From sequence record OQ032512.1: 64,000 nucleotides of DNA; one strand, given 5' to 3'. Shown one piece after another: positions 9,037 to 18,743 of the stretch (positions are counted from its first letter, which is position 1; each line of letters starts with the position of its first letter). The notes under the pieces were generated by a model. The model was given only the letters and a program-made list of their open reading frames with translations, had not been told where the DNA came from and ran no database searches. This DNA comes from Acinetobacter phage nACB2. The translations under genes and the position numbers were made by a program.

Positions 9037-10149
9037 ATGCAACCGCCTATGTTTATTACAGGACTAACAATTAATCAGACTGTTGGACGCGCTATCACCT
9101 CTATTATGCGTATGGGTAAAGAAATTGAAACTCGAAACGGTACAGCCAAATTTCTAAATGATATCACTTTGGAAATTCAAAACCCACGCGAGCGCCACCT
9201 TTCTCTAACTGGACGCAAAAGTAACATCTTCCAATTGATGGCTGAATCTTTTTGGGTTATGGCTGGACAAGATCAAGTTACAGGATTTCTAGAATTTTAT
9301 CTGCCTCGTGCTACAGATTATTCTGATGACGGCGCTCATTGGCACGGAGCTTATGGCCCACGTATATATGATCATGGTCAGATGGATGACTTGATTGAGA
9401 CCTTCCGTTCCGAAGGTAAAAATACACGCCGTGCTATTTTGATGATCGCTAACCCAATGCAAGATAATCTAACGACTATTCAACGCTTGTATGGCGAAGG
9501 TCATAAACCAAAAGACATTCCATGTAACCGCGAAATTCATTTTTATGTTACGGACAATAAGTTGAATTGTAAAGTTATTCAGCGTTCCGGCGATATGATT
9601 TTCGGTACTGGTTCAATCAATCCGTTTGAATTCACCTTCTTACAAGAAATCATCTATCAGCGTCTGTTGAAGTTACAAGGTTTTGAAGACCTAGAATTGG
9701 GTGTATACCGCTGGCACGTTACAAATGCTCATATCTATTCAAATTACTATCTTCAAGCTGAAGATGTAATGAAACACTTCGATGACGATAAAGAGCACGT
9801 TGAAGGTACTTTGCCTGTAGCTTATCCATTTACTAAAGAAATGTTTGCTCATAAGTTGAGTTCCCTGAACGAAATCATCGCTTGTGATAACGTAGAGCAT
9901 CTACGCGCTCTCGTCAACCATTACCCATTTGGTAAGTTCAATGAAATTATTGAATTGTATTATGTTCTAATCAAAGCATATACTTTGGGTAAAAAGATTA
10001 AAGAATTGCTTCCTGATCAGAAATTAGTCTTGAATATCTCTAGTATTCCAGATTCTTTAGCAGCTGCTATCGAAGGCTCAGCCTTCAAAAACTTTGATAT
10101 TAACTATGATACAGAAAGCGTATCTTTCCATCTTGTGGAGACAAAATAA
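9037..10149 (+). CDS. Thymidylate-synthase-family pyrimidine hydroxymethylase (dUMP/dCMP hydroxymethylase-like) with a C-terminal extension
   Basis: RRAILMIANP, PCNREIHFYV and IQRSGDMIFG correspond to the TS motifs RRxIxxxWNP, PCHxxxQFYV and QRSxD. His-to-Asn after the catalytic Cys as in T4 gp42. Confidence 0.7.
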   Translation: MQPPMFITGLTINQTVGRAITSIMRMGKEIETRNGTAKFLNDITLEIQNPRERHLSLTGRKSNIFQLMAESFWVMAGQDQVTGFLEFYLPRATDYSDDGAHWHGAYGPRIYDHGQMDDLIETFRSEGKNTRRAILMIANPMQDNLTTIQRLYGEGHKPKDIPCNREIHFYVTDNKLNCKVIQRSGDMIFGTGSINPFEFTFLQEIIYQRLLKLQGFEDLELGVYRWHVTNAHIYSNYYLQAEDVMKHFDDDKEHVEGTLPVAYPFTKEMFAHKLSSLNEIIACDNVEHLRALVNHYPFGKFNEIIELYYVLIKAYTLGKKIKELLPDQKLVLNISSIPDSLAAAIEGSAFKNFDINYDTESVSFHLVETK

Positions 10150-11321
10150 TGGGTCAACTCATCGTTCTATGCGGTGAACGCGGTGTGGGGAAAGATTTCC
10201 TCACATCAGCTGTAGCTGAACAAATGGCTAAATCTGGTATTAACGTCACACGTCTTTCTTTTAGTGATGAAGTGCGTCGCGTGGCATACGTGTTGTTCCC
10301 ATTTCTAAAGAATGTTTTGAATGACAATAAGAATGACCCAATTATCGGCAACTTAGACAATCCTAAAGAGTTTTCTTGGCGAGATATCATTAAGATGATA
10401 GGAAAGGTCTGTCGAGACGTCGATAGCTCTTATTTCGCCAAACGTTGGTCTGAGAATCAATCTCATCTAGTTCTAGAAAGTCCGTCAAATGATTTATTCT
10501 TCATCACGGATATGCGCACTCAAGATGAATACGATCTATTACGCAAAACAGCTCATACATTTGATAGTATTTTGTTTGTAAAAATTGAATCCGAAACAGG
10601 TTTACCTCCGGATGATTTTGAAAAGTGGACGCGCGAATTTAGTGATTACGACGTTCTGTTTAAGAATCTTCGTGATGAAAAATCTGTGGCTGATTTTATT
10701 AGCGCCTTGAATCTTAATGTTGGGATGCCTACGCGTCTAAACAAAAAGATGCTGAATACAATGTTAGAAATTCAGAATCGCAACAACGCACTCTATCTAG
10801 GAACAACAGACTGGCGTCAAAAGGCTGATCTACACAAATACTGCGCTGCCGCTGAGCGCGAGTTCTCTGAATTTCTAGATGAGATCACTACAGAGTGGGC
10901 TTGGTGGAAGAAAGGTGAACAACAATTTGATGTAAACAAAGCCGTTGTGGAATTTTGTGACTACATCTGCTTTAAGATGTCTGTACTATTGTTGAAATAT
11001 CCAGATTTTCAAGGCGTAAACGATGATGCTTACTTTGAACCGCGCGAAAGTATTAAAAACGTGGGGTTCGCCATTTGGTACGAGACCATCAAAACCAAGG
11101 GTATGTCTTATCTTCAGTATACGCCGTATGTAGCAATGGACTTCCAACGTCTAATGGAAGAAATTAATATCACACTTGATTATTTTAATATTACAGCAGA
11201 ACAGTTTTATAATACTATGTTGCAGGTTCTGGAACGTAATTCAGAACGCGCAGAAAAAATCTCTCAGGGCTTATTAGTAAATAAAGCAGCTGAAAATGAA
11301 ATCACTACGGTAGAGGAATAA
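10149..11321 (+). CDS. Fusion of dNMP kinase (T4 gp1-like) with an all-alpha NTP pyrophosphatase (MazG/gp56-like)
   Basis: N-terminus LIVLCGERGVGKDF resembles T4 gp1 MKLIFLSGVKRSGKDT. C-terminus EFSEFLDEI...VVEFCDYICFKM fits the MazG E-x-x-E / E-x-x-D motif. Confidence 0.6.
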   Translation: MGQLIVLCGERGVGKDFLTSAVAEQMAKSGINVTRLSFSDEVRRVAYVLFPFLKNVLNDNKNDPIIGNLDNPKEFSWRDIIKMIGKVCRDVDSSYFAKRWSENQSHLVLESPSNDLFFITDMRTQDEYDLLRKTAHTFDSILFVKIESETGLPPDDFEKWTREFSDYDVLFKNLRDEKSVADFISALNLNVGMPTRLNKKMLNTMLEIQNRNNALYLGTTDWRQKADLHKYCAAAEREFSEFLDEITTEWAWWKKGEQQFDVNKAVVEFCDYICFKMSVLLLKYPDFQGVNDDAYFEPRESIKNVGFAIWYETIKTKGMSYLQYTPYVAMDFQRLMEEINITLDYFNITAEQFYNTMLQVLERNSERAEKISQGLLVNKAAENEITTVEE

Positions 11322-11323
11322 AC

Positions 11324-12403
11324 ATGTCGTCATTAGCATCACGCCTTATCAAAGCAGCTCCAAAATCAAAAGCATGCATCGTGAACCAAACCGATATTGG
11401 TGAAAAGACCATGTTGGCTAAATACATTATTCCTCTTATGAACCTGATGTTTAGCGGTTCATTCAACGGCGGTCTTTGCTTTGGTATTCATCAGCTTGTA
11501 GGTGACTCGCGTACCTTTAAAACCAACATGGCGGTAATGATGGCCAAAGGTTATATGGATCATAATAAAGATTATGACCCAAATGACTTAGAAAAGCAGC
11601 CTGTTTTAGTTGTATTCGACTCTGAATTTGCAATCCGTCCGACATTGGAACAGTTTGGTATTCCACCTGAGCAAGTCGTATACATTCCATTTGAAAATCT
11701 GGAAGAATTGAAAGAAACACTCACTCAGATTATCCAAGACGTCAAACGCGGTGAAAAGGTATTCTTCCTAATTGATTCAATCTCTCAGGTTGCTTCTATT
11801 AAAGAAGTTGCTGACGCATTGAAAGGTGACGTGAAGGTAGATATGACGCGCGCCAAAGAAATGAACTCTTTGTTCCGTATCATCACTCCTATGTTAGCAA
11901 TTCGCGATCTTCCTCTTGTTGCTATTAACAGCTTCTATGAAGACAATGCTAATCAGTATGCAGACCCAATTATTAAAGGCGGTAAACAGAACTTCCTTTC
12001 ATCCGATATTATTTGGTTTGTTTCTCGTGCCCAAGATAAAGATGATGATGGTTTGAAAGGTTGGTTCTTCAACTATAAAGCCCTGAAACACCGTTTTGTG
12101 AAAGAGAAGTCAGTATTCAAACTACACGTGACATTCGATGGTGGTATTGATTGGGCTTCGGGTTTGATTGAATTAGGCGTTGAATCTAAACTGATCAAAC
12201 AGGCTGGTGCGTGGTATGAATTGGCTGATGAATTAAAAACGCCTAATCTCAGCAAAAAGTTCCAACGCAAGCAAATTGTGAACAAGGGTGAATCTGGTTT
12301 CCTTGAAGCACTTTTAGCGTCACCTAAATTTCATGAATTCTGTGAAGACAAATACCGCCTTGAAAATGGTGAGATGGTATCTGAAGATTTAGTTGAAGCG
12401 TAA
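11324..12403 (+). CDS. uvsX: UvsX recombinase (RecA family)
   Basis: SRLIKA..., LVVFDSEF, GEKVFFLIDSI and MTRAKEMNSLFRIITP align with T4 UvsX. Confidence 0.85.
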   Translation: MSSLASRLIKAAPKSKACIVNQTDIGEKTMLAKYIIPLMNLMFSGSFNGGLCFGIHQLVGDSRTFKTNMAVMMAKGYMDHNKDYDPNDLEKQPVLVVFDSEFAIRPTLEQFGIPPEQVVYIPFENLEELKETLTQIIQDVKRGEKVFFLIDSISQVASIKEVADALKGDVKVDMTRAKEMNSLFRIITPMLAIRDLPLVAINSFYEDNANQYADPIIKGGKQNFLSSDIIWFVSRAQDKDDDGLKGWFFNYKALKHRFVKEKSVFKLHVTFDGGIDWASGLIELGVESKLIKQAGAWYELADELKTPNLSKKFQRKQIVNKGESGFLEALLASPKFHEFCEDKYRLENGEMVSEDLVEA

Positions 12404-12415
12404 GTGATATAACGA

Positions 12416-12440
12416 TGGGGGCGCAAGCCCCTATCTTTTC
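12416..12440 (+). terminator. Hairpin GGGGC-gcaa-GCCCC with a T-tract
   Basis: Read from the sequence. Confidence 0.5.
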
Positions 12441-12452
12441 GGGGAAAATGGA

Positions 12453-13868
12453 ATGCAATTTGAAAATTTATTGTTGAGTACTTTGATTTACGCACCTCAG
12501 TTCGCGAACAAAGTAATCAATTTTATTGAACCTGATTATTTTACGGATATTGGCCAACGTAATACTTTCAAACTAATCAATCATTTTTACAAAAAATACA
12601 AAGCGCCACCGACTAAGGACGCTTTGCTTATTAACCTAAGCAATACCAATCTACCTGAAGCCATCTATGATCCTACTAGCGTAGCTATTCAGATGCTTTA
12701 TATGCCAGAAGATGAAATCAGTAATCTAGATTGGACATTTGATGAAACTGAAAAGTGGGCTCAAGAACGCGCTTTGTATATTGCTATGTCTACATCTCTG
12801 GCTGTGATGAACGGTGAAGACAGTAGCATTTCAAAGACAGGTATTCCTTCTATGATTCAGAAGGCGCTCGCAATACGTTTTGACCAATCTATTGGTCATG
12901 ACTATATTGATGACGCTCAGAAGCAGTGGGAGTATTATCAGAATCCAGCTAGTAAGATTCCTTACAAACTTGAGTGTATGAATAAAGTCACTCAAGGCGG
13001 TAATACGCGTAAAACTCTATCCATTGTTCAGGCAGGTATCAACGTAGGTAAAACTACATGGATGCTGAATATGGCTGCCGACTATGCTAAGCAAGGTCTA
13101 GACGGTATCTATTTTACACTAGAAATTGCCGAAGAAGTCCTACGCGAGCGTTTGGATGTACGTTTGTTCGGAGAGAATTCTGAACAGATCAGAGCGCACG
13201 ATTCTTTTGCCTATTTGAACCGCGTTAAAAAGATCAAAGATGAAAATTTTGGTCGAGTTGTAGTAAAACAGTTCGCGGCATCTTCTGCTCACGTTGGCCA
13301 CCTACGTCATGTGTGTCAAGAATTTGAGGTCAAACATGGTAAAAAGCCAGACTTCATCATGGTGGATTACCTTACACTATTGAACTCATCTGTACTCCAC
13401 CCTAGTACAAAGAGTGACTCGAACACGTACTTTACCAACGTAGCTGAGGAACTACGCGGTTTAATGATTGAGATGGATGCTATTGGTTGGTCAGCGCAAC
13501 AGTTCAACCGTTCTGGACAAGATGAAAAGGATCCTAAGTTGTCTAACTCAGGCTTATCTATTGGCGTTCAGGCTACTGCTGACTTTACATTGGCTCTAGT
13601 ATCACCTAATGAGCTGAAACAACAGGGTAAAGCAATTGGCATTGTTCTGAAAAACCGTTTTGCTAACAAGATGCATATTCCTAAGTTTGCGCTTGGTATT
13701 AATGACGATCTACAGATATTCTTTGACTTGCCTGAAGGCGAAGAATATAAAGACGTTTCTGATCGCATGGACGAGCAGATTCAAGAAGCCATGGCTCATG
13801 TAGATGCTACAGCAGCTAAAAAGACTCAAACTAAGACAATGAACATATCAGAATTGAATTTTGGTTAG
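12453..13868 (+). CDS. 41: Replicative DNA helicase gp41 (DnaB family)
   Basis: 471 aa, Walker A GINVGKTT, DnaB-like layout. Confidence 0.8.
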   Translation: MQFENLLLSTLIYAPQFANKVINFIEPDYFTDIGQRNTFKLINHFYKKYKAPPTKDALLINLSNTNLPEAIYDPTSVAIQMLYMPEDEISNLDWTFDETEKWAQERALYIAMSTSLAVMNGEDSSISKTGIPSMIQKALAIRFDQSIGHDYIDDAQKQWEYYQNPASKIPYKLECMNKVTQGGNTRKTLSIVQAGINVGKTTWMLNMAADYAKQGLDGIYFTLEIAEEVLRERLDVRLFGENSEQIRAHDSFAYLNRVKKIKDENFGRVVVKQFAASSAHVGHLRHVCQEFEVKHGKKPDFIMVDYLTLLNSSVLHPSTKSDSNTYFTNVAEELRGLMIEMDAIGWSAQQFNRSGQDEKDPKLSNSGLSIGVQATADFTLALVSPNELKQQGKAIGIVLKNRFANKMHIPKFALGINDDLQIFFDLPEGEEYKDVSDRMDEQIQEAMAHVDATAAKKTQTKTMNISELNFG

Positions 13869-13950
13869 GTCTTAAACTTTCAGTAATAATTGTTCCAATG
13901 TAAATAGATGTAAAGTTTTTACATTGGAACTTACTGAGAGGCACTACTCC

Positions 13951-16900
13951 ATGTCACAAATTTTGCTGGAAGCATTTAATTCCATCCCATACACCACAGA
14001 ACGTACTGAAAAGAATGGTCTGATGGATATCAGCTATACCTTTGAAGATGAAACAAAACACAGTTTCCGTTTCCACTTTGAAAAGCGCGTAAACTACGGT
14101 CGCAACGTATTTGTTCTGACTCTAGGCCAAAAAGCGCCTAACATCAAAATGTACAAGCGTGTATTTGGTAAGTTCCACAACCCATTACGCGTTATTGCTA
14201 CTCTCATTGAAATCATCAAAGACAACCGTCAAAAACGTTCTGATGTGAAAGGTCTTATCATTGAAGTTCCAGCTCAGGCTTTTGGCGCTCACGGTCGTCT
14301 AGTAGACAAAATTGTAAAACGCGAATTGCGTTCAGAACTGAAGGTTCAAGACCTTGATGTTACCATTGAAGAATTTGAAAAACTAGGTCTTCAAGGTATC
14401 ATTGCTACCGTTAAGCCGTACAACTTCGACAGCGTATTCAACGGTAAATTGATGAAGGAGCTGTTGGATAACCGTAGCGCAGATCGGAACGCGCCTGTCG
14501 TTGCTCAAACTGCTAAGAAACAGATTGTAATTGACACAAGATATGACGGCGTTTGGCAAAATGCCAAAAGTTTCAGAGTCTTTGTTTCTACTCTTGAAAA
14601 AGATGAAGGCAAAGGCGTTATTGACGCTCTAGAGAAATGCAACTTCAAATATCTAGGCGACAATCCATTAGCGCATCGTTTGATTTTTGCCTATCCTGGT
14701 GAATACGCAGATAAATTGAATCAAGACCTAAACAAAGCAATTGAACTCGTGAACTCATCTACGGAGTTTGAAGCGTCAATAGGAGAAAAGGAAGTCATAA
14801 TCTCTCATATGTTTAAATACGAAGATAGAGCAGTAGCGTATTTCTCTTCACCAACTGAATTGAAAGTGGCTCAAAAAATTGTTTCGTCTGCTGGTTACGA
14901 AGACATAGAAATTTCTGTTGAGACTTCGAAGTATCGTATGGTTGATACTACCGAAAAATTATCTTGTAAGGAATTCAATGCTTTGCTCTCAACTTTTATC
15001 GGCGACGGCAAAATTATTTCTGAACGCACATCTGAAATAGCTGGCGCAGATGATATTTCTACAGCGGAACAAAAATTCCATCTCGAACATCAAAAGGGTG
15101 GCTTCAAGATTGTAACAACTTCTCCATTAGCTACAATCTTGCTATTGAATGATCTACAATTAGACCTTACTGATAATAAAGATGGTTCTGTTTATGTGAA
15201 GTTGTCTCACTTCAGTAAAACAGTTGGTACTAAAAAGCAAGTTGTTAATGCTCTAACTGCCGCTGGTTATGTTGAAGGTGAGCATGTCGCGACTCCTGGT
15301 TCAGCTGCATCAACTTCGAAGACTAAACTCGATACGTCAGATGTGAAGCCATCTAAGCAATCAATTGATGTACAGATTGAAGATGCTATCGAAGCCAATA
15401 AAGGTCGCGCTGAAGAAGTGTTGAAAGAAAGTTTCAAATATAATACTTCAGGCCATACTGTCGCCAACTATAAGTTCCTACGAGCGGTGCGCCCTAAAGA
15501 CGGATATGTTCTATATGTATTCGAACTTATGGTTTCTCCTAAGTTTGGAAGTCCTGTGAAACAAAAGGCTTTTGTCAAAGGGTATATCGAAACTGACGCT
15601 CTAATTGGTTATACTGGTAGTGGCGCTGAACGCAAACCAGTGATTGCTCCTGTAAGAATATCTATCGACCGAACAGTTACAAGTTGGGTTGGATATGATT
15701 ACGAACCAGATGTTGCTGAGCGCTTCGAAAAGACTATGTCTTTCGATGAACCTAAACCAACATCAATCAACTGGTCTACTGCTGAGACTGCTTTGAAAGG
15801 TCAATACTTCAAAGATAGCAACTACAAAGTTGTTAACATGAAAGTTGATGAGTTGATCTCTAGACAATCGACTGATTTCCGTATTGATGCAGGTAGCAAT
15901 ACAAACCGTATCAAAGGAAGAGCTGAACGCGCTCTGGCGCACATCGCTTCTGGCGCTCCAATGGACATGCCAGTTGTTGATATTGATGCTCAAGGTAATC
16001 TTCAGGTTGTAGATGGTCGTCATCGCATTGCTGTAGCTAAAGAAATGGGTCTGAAAGAGATTCCAGTGTTCTTGAATGATGCTGCTAGAAAACCAAAACT
16101 ATTTAATGATTTGACAATCAAATTGGCGAAACAAGGTAATCTACCGCAAAAAACGATCAATGTGAAAGGAGATGATGTTTTCGTAACAAAATTATCAATG
16201 CCCGGAATGTATAATACTGAAGAACGTAATCTGTCATTCTTAATGGATTCTAATCCGTTATACACTTCTATTGATAATCAGAATGCAGAAGTAAAGCGTC
16301 GCCTACTTCAACTTGTTGGTTCTTCCGCAGAACGAATTAAATCTGCAATTGAAAGTTGGACTGGTGGGCGTATTAAGGTAGAGAGCGTTAGCGGTTCTGG
16401 TGTGAAATCTGAACCTAAAACGGATTTATCTTTCCTTCTTAACAAAGACATCTCTTCAGACGCAGCGGAACCAATCTTGAAATACCTGAAGAAAAATATC
16501 AAAGTTGGTACCAAAAAGTACGAACTAAACAGTGAAAGTGGTGTTAATTATTTGAATAAGATTCTAAACCAATTGGTGAGTCTGATTCCAAATTCTAACG
16601 ACCATTCATTCTCTATTGGCGGAAACATTAACGCTAGAAAGGCAGGCGGTCTAAAAGTTGTTGTAAATGATATGCACAGAGGTGGATATTATGAAGGTAA
16701 TACGCACTTAGCTGTAGCGGTACAAGTTGGCGGAGCGTACACATACGGCATTAATTCTGCAGTTTGTAAGTTCTTGAAAGAGGTATTTGCTAACTTGACT
16801 AATATAGGAGATAGTCTTCCTGAGGGTAGAGTTTTCGACAAACACGGTACCAATTTCTCTACGGTTGGTGTAGCTTATACTGGAAAAGAGTACTATAGCA

Positions 16901-17232
16901 AACCAACATTTGCTAATGTCAAGATTACCGCAAAACATCTTGTTTTGTCTGAAAAAATGAACGAAGGCATTAAGGAAGACTTGACAGGCGTTGCACCTAA
17001 AGTGAACAAAGTAGATAAATCTATTTTAGAAACTGCTATGCGTCAAATGGGTATCTACCATTCAGCATTTGGTTACGGCGGTGGTTCATTTACCGTAACA
17101 ATGACTGAGGGAGTTGTTGATATTCTACCTGTTTCCGGAAATGTAATTGCATTGAGCAAACTGTTAGGTGTAAAATTAGGTCAAGACTTAGTTCAAGATG
17201 AACGCGGTGGACTACGCTTTGATATTGCATAA
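13951..17232 (+). CDS. Large (1094 aa) multidomain protein with a central ParB/Srx-fold domain (DGRHR...IPV)
   Basis: VVDGRHRIAVAKEMGLKEIPVFL is the ParB/DGQHR-type motif. ATG 13951 has a GAGAGG SD; the track start at 13924 is TTG. Confidence 0.6.
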   Translation: MSQILLEAFNSIPYTTERTEKNGLMDISYTFEDETKHSFRFHFEKRVNYGRNVFVLTLGQKAPNIKMYKRVFGKFHNPLRVIATLIEIIKDNRQKRSDVKGLIIEVPAQAFGAHGRLVDKIVKRELRSELKVQDLDVTIEEFEKLGLQGIIATVKPYNFDSVFNGKLMKELLDNRSADRNAPVVAQTAKKQIVIDTRYDGVWQNAKSFRVFVSTLEKDEGKGVIDALEKCNFKYLGDNPLAHRLIFAYPGEYADKLNQDLNKAIELVNSSTEFEASIGEKEVIISHMFKYEDRAVAYFSSPTELKVAQKIVSSAGYEDIEISVETSKYRMVDTTEKLSCKEFNALLSTFIGDGKIISERTSEIAGADDISTAEQKFHLEHQKGGFKIVTTSPLATILLLNDLQLDLTDNKDGSVYVKLSHFSKTVGTKKQVVNALTAAGYVEGEHVATPGSAASTSKTKLDTSDVKPSKQSIDVQIEDAIEANKGRAEEVLKESFKYNTSGHTVANYKFLRAVRPKDGYVLYVFELMVSPKFGSPVKQKAFVKGYIETDALIGYTGSGAERKPVIAPVRISIDRTVTSWVGYDYEPDVAERFEKTMSFDEPKPTSINWSTAETALKGQYFKDSNYKVVNMKVDELISRQSTDFRIDAGSNTNRIKGRAERALAHIASGAPMDMPVVDIDAQGNLQVVDGRHRIAVAKEMGLKEIPVFLNDAARKPKLFNDLTIKLAKQGNLPQKTINVKGDDVFVTKLSMPGMYNTEERNLSFLMDSNPLYTSIDNQNAEVKRRLLQLVGSSAERIKSAIESWTGGRIKVESVSGSGVKSEPKTDLSFLLNKDISSDAAEPILKYLKKNIKVGTKKYELNSESGVNYLNKILNQLVSLIPNSNDHSFSIGGNINARKAGGLKVVVNDMHRGGYYEGNTHLAVAVQVGGAYTYGINSAVCKFLKEVFANLTNIGDSLPEGRVFDKHGTNFSTVGVAYTGKEYYSKPTFANVKITAKHLVLSEKMNEGIKEDLTGVAPKVNKVDKSILETAMRQMGIYHSAFGYGGGSFTVTMTEGVVDILPVSGNVIALSKLLGVKLGQDLVQDERGGLRFDIA

Positions 17233-17246
17233 ATTGTAGAATGATA

Positions 17247-17276
17247 AAGGGAAGCTTCGGCTTCCCTTTTGATTTT
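17247..17276 (+). terminator. Intrinsic terminator aagggaagc-ttcg-gcttccctt plus T-tract
   Basis: 9-bp stem, T-run. Confidence 0.7.
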
Positions 17277-17327
17277 AGACTGAATTATTAAAAAAGGTTA
17301 TAATACCTTCACTCGTTTGGAGACTCA

Positions 17328-18713
17328 TTGATGAACATTTTTGAAATTGTACAAGCTGTAAAAAACGCTAAAGGATCAAACAATAAGATTGGTCTATTGA
17401 ATGCCAACTCAGGTAACAAAATACTCCAGAAGTATCTTTCCACTGTATATGACACACGTCTTTGCTTCTACGTACAGAAATACGAAGCTGGTACTCCAAC
17501 TAAGCAAGAATATGATGATACTGAGATCGAACGCATGTTGGATTTTGTATCTGCTCTTTCAGAGCGCTTATTAACAGGTGAAGCAGCTCAAGAAGCAATC
17601 AAAGAATTCACCGCAACATTGTCTACAGATGGACAAGAGTTATTCGCATCTTTGATACGCCGTGATATCAAAGCTGGCGTTGCTTCTGGTACTCTAATCA
17701 AAATCTGGCCAAACAGTATCTTCATTGAACCGTATCAGCGTTGCGTTCTAGCTAAAGACACTAAAAGTGATATCAAAGGCTGGGGATTCTACGTTTCTCA
17801 GCTGAAGGCTGACGGCTCTTTCGCATCATTGAATGCTTCTGATGAATTACACCATTGCGCGTCTCGTGCTGGAACAATCTACCCTAATAGTGTTCCATTC
17901 ATGAACCTCATCAATGAAGTTCGCCAAAAGCAAGACGAAATTGTATTCAATGAATACAAAGTCAAAGATTGTACAATTGAAGGTGAATTCCTAGTGCGCG
18001 TTGATGGCGAAATTCTACCTCGCGAAGAATCTAATGGTATGCTTAACAGTTTACAGCAATCTGGTAAAGAACTTCCAGAAAACGCTGAACTTGTATACTT
18101 CATCTGGGATATTGTACCAACTGAAAAGCGCAAATACAAAGGTTCTTTTGGCGTGGGTTACAAACAACGCTTTGAAGCTATAGAACGCCTATTCTCCGAA
18201 GGCACTCTAGTGTTTCCTATTGAAACTAAATTCTTCAATAGTTATGAGCAATGTGTAGAACACTTCTTGGAAAAAATCAATTTAGGTCTTGAAGGCACTA
18301 TCATCAAACATCCAAATGCAATTTGGGAAGATGGTGATAACAAACTTCAGATCAAAATGAAGATTGAAGCTGAATGCGAATTGAAAATTGTTGGATTCAA
18401 TCCAGCTGAAAAAGCCTCAAAATATGAGCACCTTTTTGGTTCGTTACAATTGGAATCCGAAGATGGATTGCTGAAAGTGGGTTGTTCTTCGGGCTTGAAA
18501 GATGCAGTGCGAGCAGAGCTTCATCAGATTGGAGATAACCTAATCGGACAATTGGTGACAGTACGCTTCAATGACATTTTGAAACCAAAAGAAAATGGTT
18601 CAGATTGTCATAGTTTATTTTTACCGCGTTTTGTTGAATTGCGTCTGGACAAAACTGTTGCTGACACACTTACCCGCATTCAAGATATTTTTGAAGACGC
18701 GAAAAAGAAATGA
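17328..18713 (+). CDS. 30: ATP-dependent DNA ligase (T4 gp30 family)
   Basis: KADG adenylation motif (SQLKADGSF). Overall layout like T4 gp30. Confidence 0.8.
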   Translation: MMNIFEIVQAVKNAKGSNNKIGLLNANSGNKILQKYLSTVYDTRLCFYVQKYEAGTPTKQEYDDTEIERMLDFVSALSERLLTGEAAQEAIKEFTATLSTDGQELFASLIRRDIKAGVASGTLIKIWPNSIFIEPYQRCVLAKDTKSDIKGWGFYVSQLKADGSFASLNASDELHHCASRAGTIYPNSVPFMNLINEVRQKQDEIVFNEYKVKDCTIEGEFLVRVDGEILPREESNGMLNSLQQSGKELPENAELVYFIWDIVPTEKRKYKGSFGVGYKQRFEAIERLFSEGTLVFPIETKFFNSYEQCVEHFLEKINLGLEGTIIKHPNAIWEDGDNKLQIKMKIEAECELKIVGFNPAEKASKYEHLFGSLQLESEDGLLKVGCSSGLKDAVRAELHQIGDNLIGQLVTVRFNDILKPKENGSDCHSLFLPRFVELRLDKTVADTLTRIQDIFEDAKKK

Positions 18714-18743
18714 TGTAACAATAATTTTCTAAAATGTAAAAAT

